This document shows positions 46,573-62,413 of a DNA stretch of 64,000 nucleotides, piece by piece. Source of the stretch: Eledone cirrhosa (Eukaryota); contig CAXHJY010000320.1 in the NCBI GenBank assembly GCA_964016885.1, positions 34,367 to 98,366 of the forward strand, read 5' to 3'. A program made the position numbers and the translations under genes. The notes beneath the pieces are model-generated. The model was not told the origin of the DNA, ran no database searches, and saw nothing but the letters and a program-made list of their open reading frames with translations. Position 1 is the first letter of the stretch. Every line of letters starts with the position of its first letter.

Positions 46573-47345
46573 TCGTATGGTTGATTTTAGACTTGTTCTA
46601 TGTGTGACGGTATTTTAACGATAGTTATAGCTCTGATTCATCTGAATTATTGAGCCCTCTGCCGCTCATTTCGAATCTTGTTTATCGTGAACTCGTGCGC
46701 CGATTTTTCGATACTCGATCTTTCTAATATTTTTAGCTCTGGACATAGCTATCCACCAGTTAATTTTATTGCTCATTTTTGGTCGATTCTATTGAGTGAT
46801 GAATAGCTCCTGTTTTATTTTAACATGTCTATTGAGCACTTTTATTCGATATGTGTATTTCCACATTTTCTCGAATTGTTTTCGCGGATGTAGAGGTTAT
46901 CTCCCTTGCCATATTCCATGTGCATATTTCGATTGTAGTTAGCCTCTTATCCGCTAGGACTAAGCTCGTTGATGAAGTAAACTCCAGTCCGCTTACTCTG
47001 GAACTCTTATGTATTTATATGTGAGCTGATAGAGTACAGTCTAAGGATTTACAGAAACCCAAGAAGCTAGATTCCACACCTTTCTAGTGGGTCCGGGTAT
47101 GATTTTACATTCATTTAAATTATTGATGTATTGTTTTATTGATATTTTTTATCTGATTGTCCCGAATCTTCTATTATCGATTTTTTATCGTATGGTTGAT
47201 TTTAGACTTGTTCTATGTGTGACGGTATTTTAACGATAGTTATAGCTCTGATTCATCTGAATTATTGAGCCCTCTGCCGCTCATTTCGAATCTTGTTTAT
47301 CGTGAACTCGTGCGCCGATTTTTCGATACTCGATCTTTCTAATAT
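46573..47345 (+). mobile_element. Retrozyme/pLTR-like element: 615-nt unit plus 158-bp direct repeat
   Basis: 46573-46730 identical to 47188-47345; hammerhead at 46964-47098; no ORF. Confidence 0.75.
46964..47098 (+). ncRNA. Type I hammerhead motif with long stems II and III (C3U variant)
   Basis: gctcg-TTGATGA-agtaaactcc..ggatttaca-GAAA-ccca..tggg-TC-cgggt. Confidence 0.62.
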
Positions 47346-47360
47346 ATATATTATATATAT

Positions 47361-47497
47361 AGATGAGATTCTACAGGACTAGAACTTTCATTCTTTAGAA
47401 ATTATCAGGAATCTATATTAAAACTTTTATACTCTGCAATGTATTGAGTACCTTACTTACTATGGTTACCTCTGATTCAACCCGGAATAACGTACTA
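47361..47497. mobile_element. Short pLTR-like insert: degenerate hammerhead (-) plus tail hairpin (+)
   Basis: Minus agattc-CTGATAA-..GAAA..TA-gaatct; related copy at 58071-58143. Confidence 0.55.
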
Positions 47498-47545
47498 TAT
47501 TATATATATATATATATATATAATATATATATATATAATATATAT

Positions 47546-50442
47546 AAAAAACGATGTTATAAGCTTTTCTGGGTGGGAAACGACGATGGGCTGGGTGGAG
47601 TAGGAATCATGGTAGCAGAAAAGTGGGCAGATAAGATAATAGACGTAAATAGAGTGAACGACAGAATAATTAAAATACGACTTTTCCTCAATAGAACTAC
47701 GGTGACAGTAATATCTGCATACGCACCCCAATCCGGACTGCCCGGCACTATAAAAGACAGATTCTATGAGACACTGATGCTAACTACCTCCAAAATATCC
47801 GACAGTGACTATATAATTATTGCAGGCGACCTAAATGGTCACGTTGGACAACATTGTGACGGCTACGACGAAATCCATGGAGGCTATGGGTTTGGTACTA
47901 GAAATGAGGAAGGCTCCAGAATCCTGGAATTCTGTGATGCAAATAACCTAACTATCTGTAACACTAACTTCAAAAAACGTGACAACCACCTGATCACCTA
48001 TAGATCCGGGGAACACACAAGCCAGGTAGATTATATCCTTACCAGAAGACGTGACAGAGTGTCTGTTGTAAACACTAACCCCCCCTCCCCCATGAAGAAT
48101 GCACCTCCCAACATAGACTGATAATTAGCGACCTCATAGTCAGGACGAGACGTACTCGACAGCAGAAGAGGACTATCCTCAGGAGAAAAATATGGAAGCT
48201 AAAGGACCCTACAGCCAGAAATAAATTTCAAAGCATATTACTTGATGCTTTCGACAGTAAGGAAGAACATTTAGAGTCGGACAATATAGAGGGACAGTGG
48301 GAATTTCTGAAAGCAAACCTGCTGATGGCGACAGACGAAGTCTGTGACTGGAGCAGGCCTGCAGGCAGGAGGAGAGTAACATGGTGGTGTAACAGTAAGG
48401 TGGAGGGGTCAATTAAGGCCAAAAAGCAGGCTTGGAAAGTATGGCGGGATGGGGGAAGTAGAGAAGACTATCAAGTGGCCAGGAGGGAAGCTAGGAGACA
48501 AGTGTACTTAGCAAGAAGGGAAGCAGAGGAAAGAAAGTTCAAGCATGTTCTACAACGCGAGGACCAAAAACGTGAGGTGTTCAGGATTGCTAGGCAATGC
48601 GTCAAGGAAAACCGTGATATTGTCGGGGAGAAGTGTGTACTTAACGATGATGGCATACTTGCCATCACCGACGCTGATAAGAAGGTAGCTTGGAAGTGTC
48701 ACTATGAAAGGCTACAAAATGAGGAGAATAAATGGGAGAAAGACAGTCTCCCCCATATCGACCCAACAGAGGGACCAGCAGTGTTAGTCGAGGGGAATAT
48801 AATAAGTAAGGCAATCAAGGATATGAAGACGGGTAAGGCGGCTGGGCCTTCGGAAATAGTTGCTGAGATGCTGAAGGCATCTGGCACAGTGGGACACACC
48901 ATGGTCACCCGCATAGTTAACCAAGTCGTACAGAATGGGGTTGTTCCGAAGGACTGGCATAGCAGCATCATCGTCAACTGTTATAAGGGTAAAGGAGACG
49001 CCCTAGATAGGAGTAACTATAGAGGCATTAAATTAATCGACCAGGTCATGAAGGTCACGGAAAAAGTAATAGCGCAACTAATCAGAGAGAGAATTGACCT
49101 AGATGAAATGCAGTTCGGGTTTGTGTCAGGCAAAAGTACCACAGACGCTCTTTTCATTGTACGACAACTACAGGAGAAGTACCTAGCTAAAGGTAAACCC
49201 CTCTACTTAGCTTTTGTCGACTTGGAGAAAGCCTTCGACAGATTCCCCCGTTCCATTATCTGGTGGGCTCTTAGAAAACTAGGCGTTGACGAATGGCTTG
49301 TGAGGGCTATACAAGCCATGTATAAAGAAACAGTCAGCAAGGTTAGAATTAACAACGAATATAGTGAAGAGTTTAGCGTAAAAGTTGGCGTCCATCAGGG
49401 CTCTGTTCTCAGCCCCCTACTATTTATTATTGCCCTTCAGGCTATAACAGAGGAGTTCAAGACCGGCTGCCCATGGGAACTCCTATACGCAGACGACCTG
49501 ACACTCGTAGCGGAATCAATGGCCGAGCTAGAGAAGAAATTCCAAACATGGAAGCACGGCCTAGAATCAAAAGTACTTAAAATTAACCTGGCTAAGACTA
49601 AAGTTCTAGTTTGTAGGAAAGAAAATAAGGCGGCGGTCCCTTCTGGGAAATGGTCGTGCTCGGTGTGTAGGAAAGGCGTAGGTAGAAACTCCATTTTATG
49701 TCCTAAATGCAAAGTATGGGTGCATAAAAGATGTAGTGGGATCACAGGTAAGCTAACTAAGAACATAGATTTTACATGTGGCCGGTGCTCTGGTGCAATA
49801 AGTAGCAGCAAGTGCCCACAAAATACTAGCTCTTTCAATTGCGCAGAGGGTTCTATAGAAATAGTGGACAGCTTCCGTTACTTGGGCGATAAAATCAGCA
49901 GTGGGGGAGGGTGCTCTGAAAGTACAGTAGCTAGAGTCAGAACTGGTTGGAAAAAGTTCAGAGAGCTTATACCACTATTAGCTGCTAAAGGGTTCTCCCT
50001 AAAAATGAAAGGCAGGTTGTACGATGCCTGCATACGAACAGCAATGTTGCATGGCAGTGAGACCTGGGCATTGTGTGCAGAGGATATACGCAGACTAGAG
50101 AGAAACGAAGCTTGCATGCTCCGCTGGATGTGTAACAGTAATATACGTGAACGGCAAAGCATAAACGAACTAAGGAAAAAATTAGAAATAAGAGGGATCA
50201 GATGTTGTTTACTCGAGAGAAGGCTACGTTGGTATGGACACGTGATGCGCATGAAAGTCGATAGCTGTATAACAAAGTGCAGGGCAATAAAGATAGACGG
50301 TAGCCACGGAATAGGCAGACCTAGAAAAACCTGGGACGAGCTGATAAACTCCGACCTCACACACTTACACCTCACCAAGACAATGTCACTGGACCGAGAC
50401 CTTTGGTGGTACTCAGTAACAGAGAAGACCCGCCTTACCTAA
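47546..50442 (+). CDS. RTE endonuclease-reverse transcriptase (one frameshift near 48080)
   Basis: ORFs 47444-48121 and 48325-50442 are joined by the open frame HEECTSQHRLII.. from 48091. Confidence 0.85.
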
Positions 50443-50818
50443 ATACATAGTAAAACCTACTACAGCCAGTAGGCATCTCTAACAAAATACCCCCCCCCCC
50501 CCCACACCACCCCGTTCTATGTAAAGTTATGTTGGTGCCGCGCTATCCAGGCCGAAACAAATGAGATCGTGTAGGTGTCACGACAAAAAAAACACACAGT
50601 CCACGCTGTAATGTGGCCGTGTAGGCAACACGGTAAAAACCTCCCAGACCCACACTGTAAATGTCGGTGTTAGGAAGGGCATCCAACTGTAGAAAACCTG
50701 CCAGATAGTCCTATGCGAGCAAGACAATCACTGTTGCCTCAAGTGGGACTACCCCCGTCCAAACCCATGCAAGCGTGGAACACGGATGTTAAACGTTGAT
50801 GATGATGATGATGATGAT
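47546..50818 (+). mobile_element. RTE-clade LINE, nearly full ORF, 5'-truncated within the AP endonuclease
   Basis: APE motifs GVGIMV, SAYAPQ, GDLNGHVG, QVDYIL; frameshift at poly-C ~48080; RT ORF to 50442; (GAT)n tail. Confidence 0.94.
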
Positions 50819-51234
50819 ATATATAATATATATATAATATATATAAATATAATATATAATATATATAATATATATATAAATATATATAATATATATATAA
50901 ATATATATAATATATATATAAATATATATAATATATATATAAATATATATAATATATATAGTAATAATAATAATAAAATTGAAGACTAAAATCCAGAGAG
51001 GGCTCGATAAGGAAAATATATATCAAATATATAAGAACTGAAGAGCAAATATTTATTAAAATAATAGATTAAAGTTTAAGCAAAGAATCGCTGCTTTCAC
51101 CCTTAACGGGATCTTCTGAAACTAACAAAGTAAATCTGTAAACGCAGAACTGGATATTTCAAAAAACGTTGCAACCGGAGGAAGACAGGAAGACGATACT
51201 TTGGTTCATGGTGACGTTCGCTGGCAAAGAACGA

Positions 51235-51468
51235 TGGAGTCTAAAAGACAACCACACCCAATATAAGTTACACTGGGAGATCCTAGCTAGGGCTAGATCG
51301 TATAACGGAAATAAAAGACCATGTGACCTCTGCGCCGCTGAGGCCCTGGAAATACTCTACGCCACAGACCACATCTTAAACAAAAAATCTGAGGCAATTT
51401 CGGCTTGTAAACATAAATTGCACAAAACTTTCCTGTATTACAGCCCTACGTTATACCCTAACGGATAG
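51235..51468 (+). pseudogene. Penelope-like GIY-YIG endonuclease C-terminal fragment
   Basis: WSLK..WEILARARSY..CDLCAAE..I..LNKKSEAISACKH matches the PLE W.LK/W.I/CxLC..E/LNKRSE..CRH pattern. Confidence 0.8.
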
Positions 51469-52391
51469 CACGATCTATACGTGGATATACGTCTTGATGT
51501 GGGAGCTAAGTATATGTTTTGTTTATTCCTTTACTTTTTGCATAGGTAAGTATATATTACCCGTATGTTTTGTGAAGGTATGTATACCTTCTCGTACGTA
51601 TATTTGACTGTTTTGGCGTATCATTTTTACATATTCTGGTATTTAGAGCTTGGTTATGGGTATATGGGAGTTTTGCGTCTGCGTGAGTATGCAGGTTCGT
51701 ACGTATGGTGGGTGTGTGTATATGTGTACTTCTTGTTTTAGTTGACTTACGTCTCCGAACCTTCATATATTTATTTGTAGGTATGTGTGTGCGCTTGTTA
51801 TATATGTATTTATTTACTTATATACGTTTATATAATTATTTATTTATTTGTACACAAGCATACACACATACACATATTTATATGTGCGTGGTTTTGTATA
51901 CCTATGGTAAGGTTTTGCGTATGCTTGTGTATGTACGTATCTGTTTGCGTGTATGTATTTATTTGTTCCTATTACTTCTGCATTGTATTTATTTACTTTG
52001 TTCTTAACTCTGTAGCAGAGATTCATTCGGTCTCCTAGTTAGATTTTTAGTCTATGACTTCTGCTATACCATTTACGTGGATTTGTCTTTGCACGCTGTT
52101 GTTCTCCACGCTCCACATATGACTTATTATCTTCGTTTTTTCGTTCATTGCCAGAGAACGTCTCTATGCACCACTTAGAGAACATTAGTCTACGACCTCT
52201 TTTATACCATAAACGTGCTTCTGTCCTTGCACGTAATTGTTTTTCACCGCTCCTATTAATGACGTATTATTCGTTTTTTCCCGTTCTTTGCCAGCGAACG
52301 TCACCATGAACTAAAGTATCGTCTTCCTGTCTTCCTCCGGTTGCAACGTTTTTTGAAATATCCAGTTCTGCGTTTACAGATTGACTTTGTT

Positions 52392-52441
52392 AGTTTCAGA
52401 AGATCCCGTTAAGGGTGAAAGCAGCGATTCTTTGCTTAAAC
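52392..52441 (+). ncRNA. Hammerhead-like motif, U4A variant (mirror copy at 51073-51123 on -)
   Basis: agttt-CAGAAGA-tccc gttaa gggt-GAAA-gca..tgc-TT-aaac. Confidence 0.55.
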
Positions 52442-54169
52442 ATTAATAAATATAATATATATATATATAATATATATAATATATAATATATATATATATA
52501 TAATATATATATAAATATATATAATATAATATATAATATATATAATATAATATATATAATATTATATATATAATATATAAATATATATATATAATATATA
52601 TATAAATATATATAATATATATATATAAATATATATAATATAATATATATATATATATAATATATATATATAAATATATATAATATAATATATATATATA
52701 TAAATATATATATATAAATATATATATAAATATATATAATATAATATATATATATATATATATAATATAATATATATATATAAATATATATATAAATATA
52801 TATATAATGTAATATATATATATAAATATATATATAAATATATATATAATATAATATATATATATAAATATATATATAAATATATATATAATATAATATA
52901 TATATATAAATATATATATAAATATATATAATATAATATATATATATAAATATATATATAAATATATATAATATAATATATATATATAAATATATATATA
53001 AATATATATATAATATAATATATATATATAAATATATATATAAATATATATAATATAATATATATATATAATATATATATAAATATATATAATATAATAT
53101 AATATATATATATAATATAAATATATATAATATAATATATATATATAAATATATATATAAATATATATAATATAATATATATATAATATAAATATATATA
53201 ATATAATATATATATAAATATATATAATATAATATATATATATATTATATATATAAATATATATAATATAATATATATATATAATATATATATAAATATA
53301 TATAATATAATATATATATAAATATATATAATATAATATATATATATAATATATATATAAATATATATAATATAATATATATATATAATATATATATAAA
53401 TATATATAATATATAAATATATATATATAATATATATAAATATATATAATATAATATATATATATAATATATATATAAATATATATAATATATAAATATA
53501 TATATATAATATATATATAAATATATATAATATATAAATATATATATATAATATATATATAAATATATATAATATATAAATATATATATATAATATATAT
53601 ATAAATATATATAATATATAAATATATATATATAATATATATATAAATATATATAATATATAAATATATATATATATTATATATATAAATATATATAATA
53701 TATAAATATATATATATATTATATATATAAATATATATAATATATAAATATATATATATATTATATATATAAATATATATAATATAATATATATATAAAT
53801 ATATATAAATATATATATATAATATATATATAAATATATATAATATATAAATATATAATATATATATAAATATATATAATATATAAATATATATAATATA
53901 TATATAAATATATATAATATATATATATATATATAATATTTATAATATATATATAATATATATAATATATATATATATAATATATTATATATATAATATA
54001 TATATATATATAATATATATAGATTTTGAGTTTATGTTGGTTGTATACCAACACCTCAGTATGCAGGCTGGAGCACTCAACGAAGTGCGCAGGTTGGTTT
54101 GGTTACTCCGGAGTAGTGTAAAATAAAGTTAAATAAAAGTCAAATGATTAAAATTTAGCTTCGTTTATT

Positions 54170-54224
54170 ACTGCTATATATATTTCAGTGACAGCCATCT
54201 TTGGCTGTGACCTCTTCAGGCAGT
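54170..54224 (-). ncRNA. Minimal type I hammerhead in insert 54021-54279
   Basis: actgc-CTGAAGA-ggtcacagcca aaga tggctgtcact-GAAA-tatata-TA-gcagt then AATAAA. Confidence 0.85.
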
Positions 54225-54346
54225 TTGAATTAGTATGGTATAGACAAGTACATATGTTGTTTAGGTGTATGATATTGTCATATAATATATATATATATAT
54301 ATAATATATTATATATATAATATATATATATATATATAATATATAT

Positions 54347-54380
<34 letters not shown>

Positions 54381-54474
54381 ATATATTATATATATAATAT
54401 ATATATATATACATAATATATATATAATATATTATATATATAATATACATATATATAATATATAATATATATAA

Positions 54475-54505
<31 letters not shown>

Positions 54506-54916
54506 AATATATATAATATATATAAATATATATAATATATATATATAATGTATATATAAATATATATAATATATATATATAATGTATATATAAATATATA
54601 TAATATATAATATATATATAATATATATATATAAATATATATAATATATAATATATATAATATATATAATGTATATATAAATATATATAATATATATATA
54701 TAATGTATATATAAATATATATAATATATAATATATATATATAAATATATAATATATATATATATAATATATAATATATATATATAAATATATAATATAT
54801 ATATATATAATATATAATATATATATAAATATGTAATATATATATATAATATAAATATATAATATATATATATAATATATATAAATATATAATATATATA
54901 AATATCTAATATATAT

Positions 54917-54949
<33 letters not shown>

Positions 54950-54958
54950 TATATATAT

Positions 54959-54989
<31 letters not shown>

Positions 54990-54998
54990 TATATATAT

Positions 54999-55031
<33 letters not shown>

Positions 55032-55753
55032 TATATATATAAATATATATAATATATATATATATATATATTATATATATAAATATATATAATATATATA
55101 TATAATATATATATATAAATATATATAATATATATATATAATATATATATATATAAATATATAATATATATATAAATATATAATATAATATATATATATA
55201 TATATAAATATATAATATAATATATATATATATAATATATATATAATATATATTATATATATAATATATATATGTATAATATATATATAATATATACATA
55301 ATATATACATAATATATATATATATATATTATATATATAAATATATATAATATATATATATATATATATAATATATATAAATATATATATAAATATATAT
55401 ATAATATATATATAATATATATATAATATATATATAATATATATATAATATATACATAATATATATATATAATATATACATAATATATATATATAATATA
55501 TACATAATATATATATATAATATATACATAATATATATATATATATAAATATATAAATAATATATATATAAATATATATAATATATAAATATATATATAT
55601 AAATATAAATAATATATATATAAATATATATAATATATAAATATATATAATATATATATAAATATATATAATATATAAATATATATAATATATATAATAT
55701 ATAAATATATAAATATATATAATATATAAATATATAAATATATATATAAATAT

Positions 55754-55798
<45 letters not shown>

Positions 55799-55801
55799 TA
55801 T

Positions 55802-55898
<97 letters not shown>

Positions 55899-55899
55899 A

Positions 55900-55995
<96 letters not shown>

Positions 55996-56065
55996 AATAT
56001 ATATATAAATATATATATATATATAAATATATATATATCTATATAAATATATATATATATATAAA

Positions 56066-56105
<40 letters not shown>

Positions 56106-56149
56106 TATATAAATATATATATATATATATAAATATATAATATGTATAA

Positions 56150-56182
<33 letters not shown>

Positions 56183-56197
56183 AATATATATGTATAA

Positions 56198-56232
<35 letters not shown>

Positions 56233-56295
56233 AATATATAATATGTATAAATATATATAAATATATATATATATATAAATATATAATATGTATAA

Positions 56296-56328
<33 letters not shown>

Positions 56329-56360
56329 AATATATAATATGTATAAATATATATAAATAT

Positions 56361-56463
<103 letters not shown>

Positions 56464-56490
56464 AATATAATATATATATAATATGTATAA

Positions 56491-56525
<35 letters not shown>

Positions 56526-56535
56526 ATATGTATAA

Positions 56536-56570
<35 letters not shown>

Positions 56571-56581
56571 AATATATATAA

Positions 56582-56668
<87 letters not shown>

Positions 56669-57239
56669 AATATATATAAATATATATATATATATAAATA
56701 TATATAATATATATAAATATATATATATATATAATATATATAAATATATATAAATATATATATATATATAATATATATAAATATATATATATATATAATA
56801 TATATAAATATATATATATATAATAATATATATAATATATAATATATAATATATAATATATATATATATATATATAATATATATAATATATAATATATAA
56901 TATATATATAATATATAATATATAATATATATATATATAATATATATAATATATATATATATATGTAATATATATATATAATATATAATATTTTTATAAT
57001 AATATAATATTTTTATATATATATAATATATATATATAATATATATATATATATAATATATATAATATATATATATATAATATATATATATAATATATAT
57101 ATATATATAATATATATAATATATATATATATAATATATATATATATATATAATATATATATATATAATATATATATATAAATATATAATATATATATAT
57201 ATATATAATATATATATAATATATATATATATATAATAT

Positions 57240-57295
<56 letters not shown>

Positions 57296-57387
57296 TAATA
57301 TAATATATATATATATAATATATATAATATATATATATAATATATATAATATATATATATATAATATATATAATATATATATATATA

Positions 57388-57421
<34 letters not shown>

Positions 57422-57501
57422 AATATAATATATATATATATATATATATAATATATATAAATATAATATATATAATATATATATATATATATATAATATA
57501 A

Positions 57502-57541
<40 letters not shown>

Positions 57542-57687
57542 TATATATATATAATATATATATAATATATATAAATTATAATATATATATATATAATATA
57601 TATAATATATATATATATAAAATATATATATATAATATATATATATATAATATATATAATATATATATATATATATATAATATATAT

Positions 57688-57730
<43 letters not shown>

Positions 57731-57955
57731 TAAATATATATATATATATATAATATATATAATATATATAATATATATAATATATATATATATAATATAT
57801 ATAATATATATATATATAATATATATAATATATATAATATATAATATATATAATATATATAATATATATATATATAATATATATAATATATATATATATA
57901 GTATATATAATATATATATATATATAATATATATATATATAATATATATATATAT

Positions 57956-57999
<44 letters not shown>

Positions 58000-58008
58000 T
58001 AATATATA

Positions 58009-58040
<32 letters not shown>

Positions 58041-58070
58041 ATATATATAATATATATATATATATAATAT

Positions 58071-58142
58071 AGTACGTTATTCCGGGTTGAATCGGAGGTA
58101 ACCACAGTAAGTAAGGTACTCAGAGATTCCTGATGATTTCTA

Positions 58143-58143
<1 letters not shown>
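58071..58143. mobile_element. Internally deleted copy of the 47395-47497 insert, reversed
   Basis: Reverse complement matches TTAGAAAT(C/T)ATCAGGAATCT..TGAGTACCTTACTTACT..AATAACGTACT. Confidence 0.7.
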
Positions 58144-58174
<31 letters not shown>

Positions 58175-58346
58175 ATATATATAATATATATATATATATA
58201 TAATATATATATATATAATATATATATATATATATAATATATATATATATAATATATATAATATATAATATATATATATATATATATAATATATATATAT
58301 ATAATATATATAATATATAATATATATATATATATATATAAAATAT

Positions 58347-58378
<32 letters not shown>

Positions 58379-58522
58379 ATATATATAATATATATATATA
58401 ATATATATATAATATATATAATATATATATATATATATAATATATATATATAATATATATATATATACATAATATATATATATATATATATAATATATAT
58501 AATATATATATATAATATATAT

Positions 58523-58565
<43 letters not shown>

Positions 58566-58589
58566 TATATATACATAATATATATATAC

Positions 58590-58661
<72 letters not shown>

Positions 58662-59327
58662 ATATATATATATAATATATATATATATATAATATATATA
58701 TTATATATATAATATATATATTATATATATAATATATATATTATATATATATATATATATATAATATATATATATATATAAAATATATATATAATATATA
58801 ATATATATAATATATATATATAATATATAATATATATAATATATATATAATATATATATAATATATAATATATATAATATATATATAATATATATATATA
58901 TAATATATATAATATATATATAATATATATAATATATATATAATATATATAATATATATATAATATATATATAATATATATATATATAAAATATATATAT
59001 AAAATATATATATTATATATATATATAATATATATATATTATATATATATATAATATATATATATTATATATATATATAATATATATATATTATATATAT
59101 ATATAATATATATATAATATATATATAATATATATAATATATATATATTATATATATATATATATTATATATATATATAAATATATATATAATATATATA
59201 TAATATATATAATATATATATAATATATATAATATATATATAATATATATTTAATATATATATAATTATATATATATATTTATATATATATATATATTTA
59301 TATATATAATATATATATATATATAAT

Positions 59328-59359
<32 letters not shown>

Positions 59360-59635
59360 ATATATATATATATAATATATATATAATATTTATATAATAT
59401 ATATAATATATATATATATATAATATATATAATATATATAATATATATAATATATATATAATATATATAATATATATATAATATATATAATATATATAAT
59501 ATATATATATAATATATATAATATATAATATATATATATATAATACATAATATATAATATATATATATATATAATACATAATATATAATATATATATATA
59601 ATACATAATATATAATATATATATAATACATAATA

Positions 59636-59667
<32 letters not shown>

Positions 59668-59690
59668 ATATATATATATATAATACATAA

Positions 59691-59722
<32 letters not shown>

Positions 59723-59748
59723 ATATATATAATATATATATATAATAC

Positions 59749-59787
<39 letters not shown>

Positions 59788-60504
59788 TATAATATACATA
59801 TATATATAACATATATATAATATACATATATATATATATATAATATATATATAATATACATATATATATAATATATATATAATATACATATATATATATA
59901 TAATATATATATAATATACATATATATATAATATATATATAATATACATATATATATAATATTATATAATATACATATAATATACATATATATATATATA
60001 TATAATATATATATAATATACATATATATATATATATATAATATATATATAATATACATATATATATATAATATACATATATATATATATAATATACATA
60101 TATATATATAATATATATATAATATACATATAATATATATATATATATATAATATATATATAATATACATATATATATATAATATATATAATATACATAT
60201 AATATATATATATATATAATATATATATAATATACATATAATATATATATATATATATAATATATATACAATATACATATAATATATATATATATATATA
60301 ATATATATATAATATACATATATATATATATAAATAATATAATATACATATAATATATATATATATATATAATATATATATAATATACATATATATAATA
60401 TATATATAATATATATAATATATATATAATATATATATAATATATATATAATATATATATAATATATATATAATATATATATAATATATATATAATATAT
60501 ATAT

Positions 60505-60535
<31 letters not shown>

Positions 60536-60613
60536 AATATATAATATATATATAATATATAATATATATATATAAATATATATATAATATATAATATATA
60601 TATAATATATAAT

Positions 60614-60644
<31 letters not shown>

Positions 60645-60875
60645 ATATATATATATATATATAATATATATATATATATATAATATATATATATATATAA
60701 TATATATATATAATATATATATATAATATATATAATATATATATATAATATATATATATAATATATATATATAATATATATATAATATATATATATAATA
60801 TATATATATAATATATATATATAATATATATATAATATATATATATAATATATATATAATATATATATATATAAT

Positions 60876-60906
<31 letters not shown>

Positions 60907-61858
60907 ATATATATATATATATATAATATATATATATATATATAATATATATATATATATAATATATATATATAATATATATATATAATATATATATAAT
61001 ATATATATAATATATATATATAATATATATATATAATATATATATAATATATATATATAATATATATATATAATATATATATATAATATATATATAATAT
61101 ATATATATAATATATATATAATATATATATATAATATATATATAATATATATATATATATAATATATATATAATATATATATATATAATATATATATATA
61201 TAATATATATATATATATATAATATATATATATAATATATATATATATATAATATATATAATATATATATAATATATATTATATATATATAATATATATA
61301 TATATAATATATATATATATAATATATATATATATAATATATATATATATATATAATATATATATATAATATATATATATATATAATATATATAATATAT
61401 ATATAATATATATTATATATATATAATATATATATATATAATATATATAATATATATATATAATATATATTATATATATATAATATATATATATAATATA
61501 TATAATATATATATATAATATATATTATATATATATAATATATATATATATAATATATATAATATATATATATTATATATATATATATAATATATATAAT
61601 ATATATAATATATATATATATATAATATATATAATATATATAATATATATATATATAATATATATATATATATATAATATATATATATTAATATATATAT
61701 ATATATAATATATATATATAATATATATAATATATATATAATATATATATATATAATATATATATATATATATAATATATATATATATAATATATATATA
61801 TATAATATATATAATATATATATAATATATATATATATAATATATATATATATATATA

Positions 61859-61903
<45 letters not shown>

Positions 61904-62370
61904 TATAATATATATATAATATATATAACATATATATATATATATAATATATATATAATATATATATATATAATATATATATATATAATATATATATATA
62001 ATATATATATATATAATATATATATATAATATATATATATATAATATATATATATATATATAATATATAAATATATATATATATATAATATATATATATA
62101 TATAATATATATATATAATATATATAATATATATATAATATATATATATAATATATATAATATATATATATATATAATATATATATAATATATATATATA
62201 TAATATATATATAATATATATATATATAATATATATATATATAATATATATATATAATATATATATATATAATATATATATATATAATATATATATATAA
62301 TATATATATATATATAATATATATATATATATATAATATATAAAATATATATATATATATTATATATAAT

Positions 62371-62413
<43 letters not shown>

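Larger units (their letters stand above)
50967..52441 (+). mobile_element. 5'-truncated Penelope-like element with inverted pLTRs
   Basis: 160-bp IR 51074-51233 / 52282-52441 around a GIY-YIG C-terminus and 3'UTR. Confidence 0.82.
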
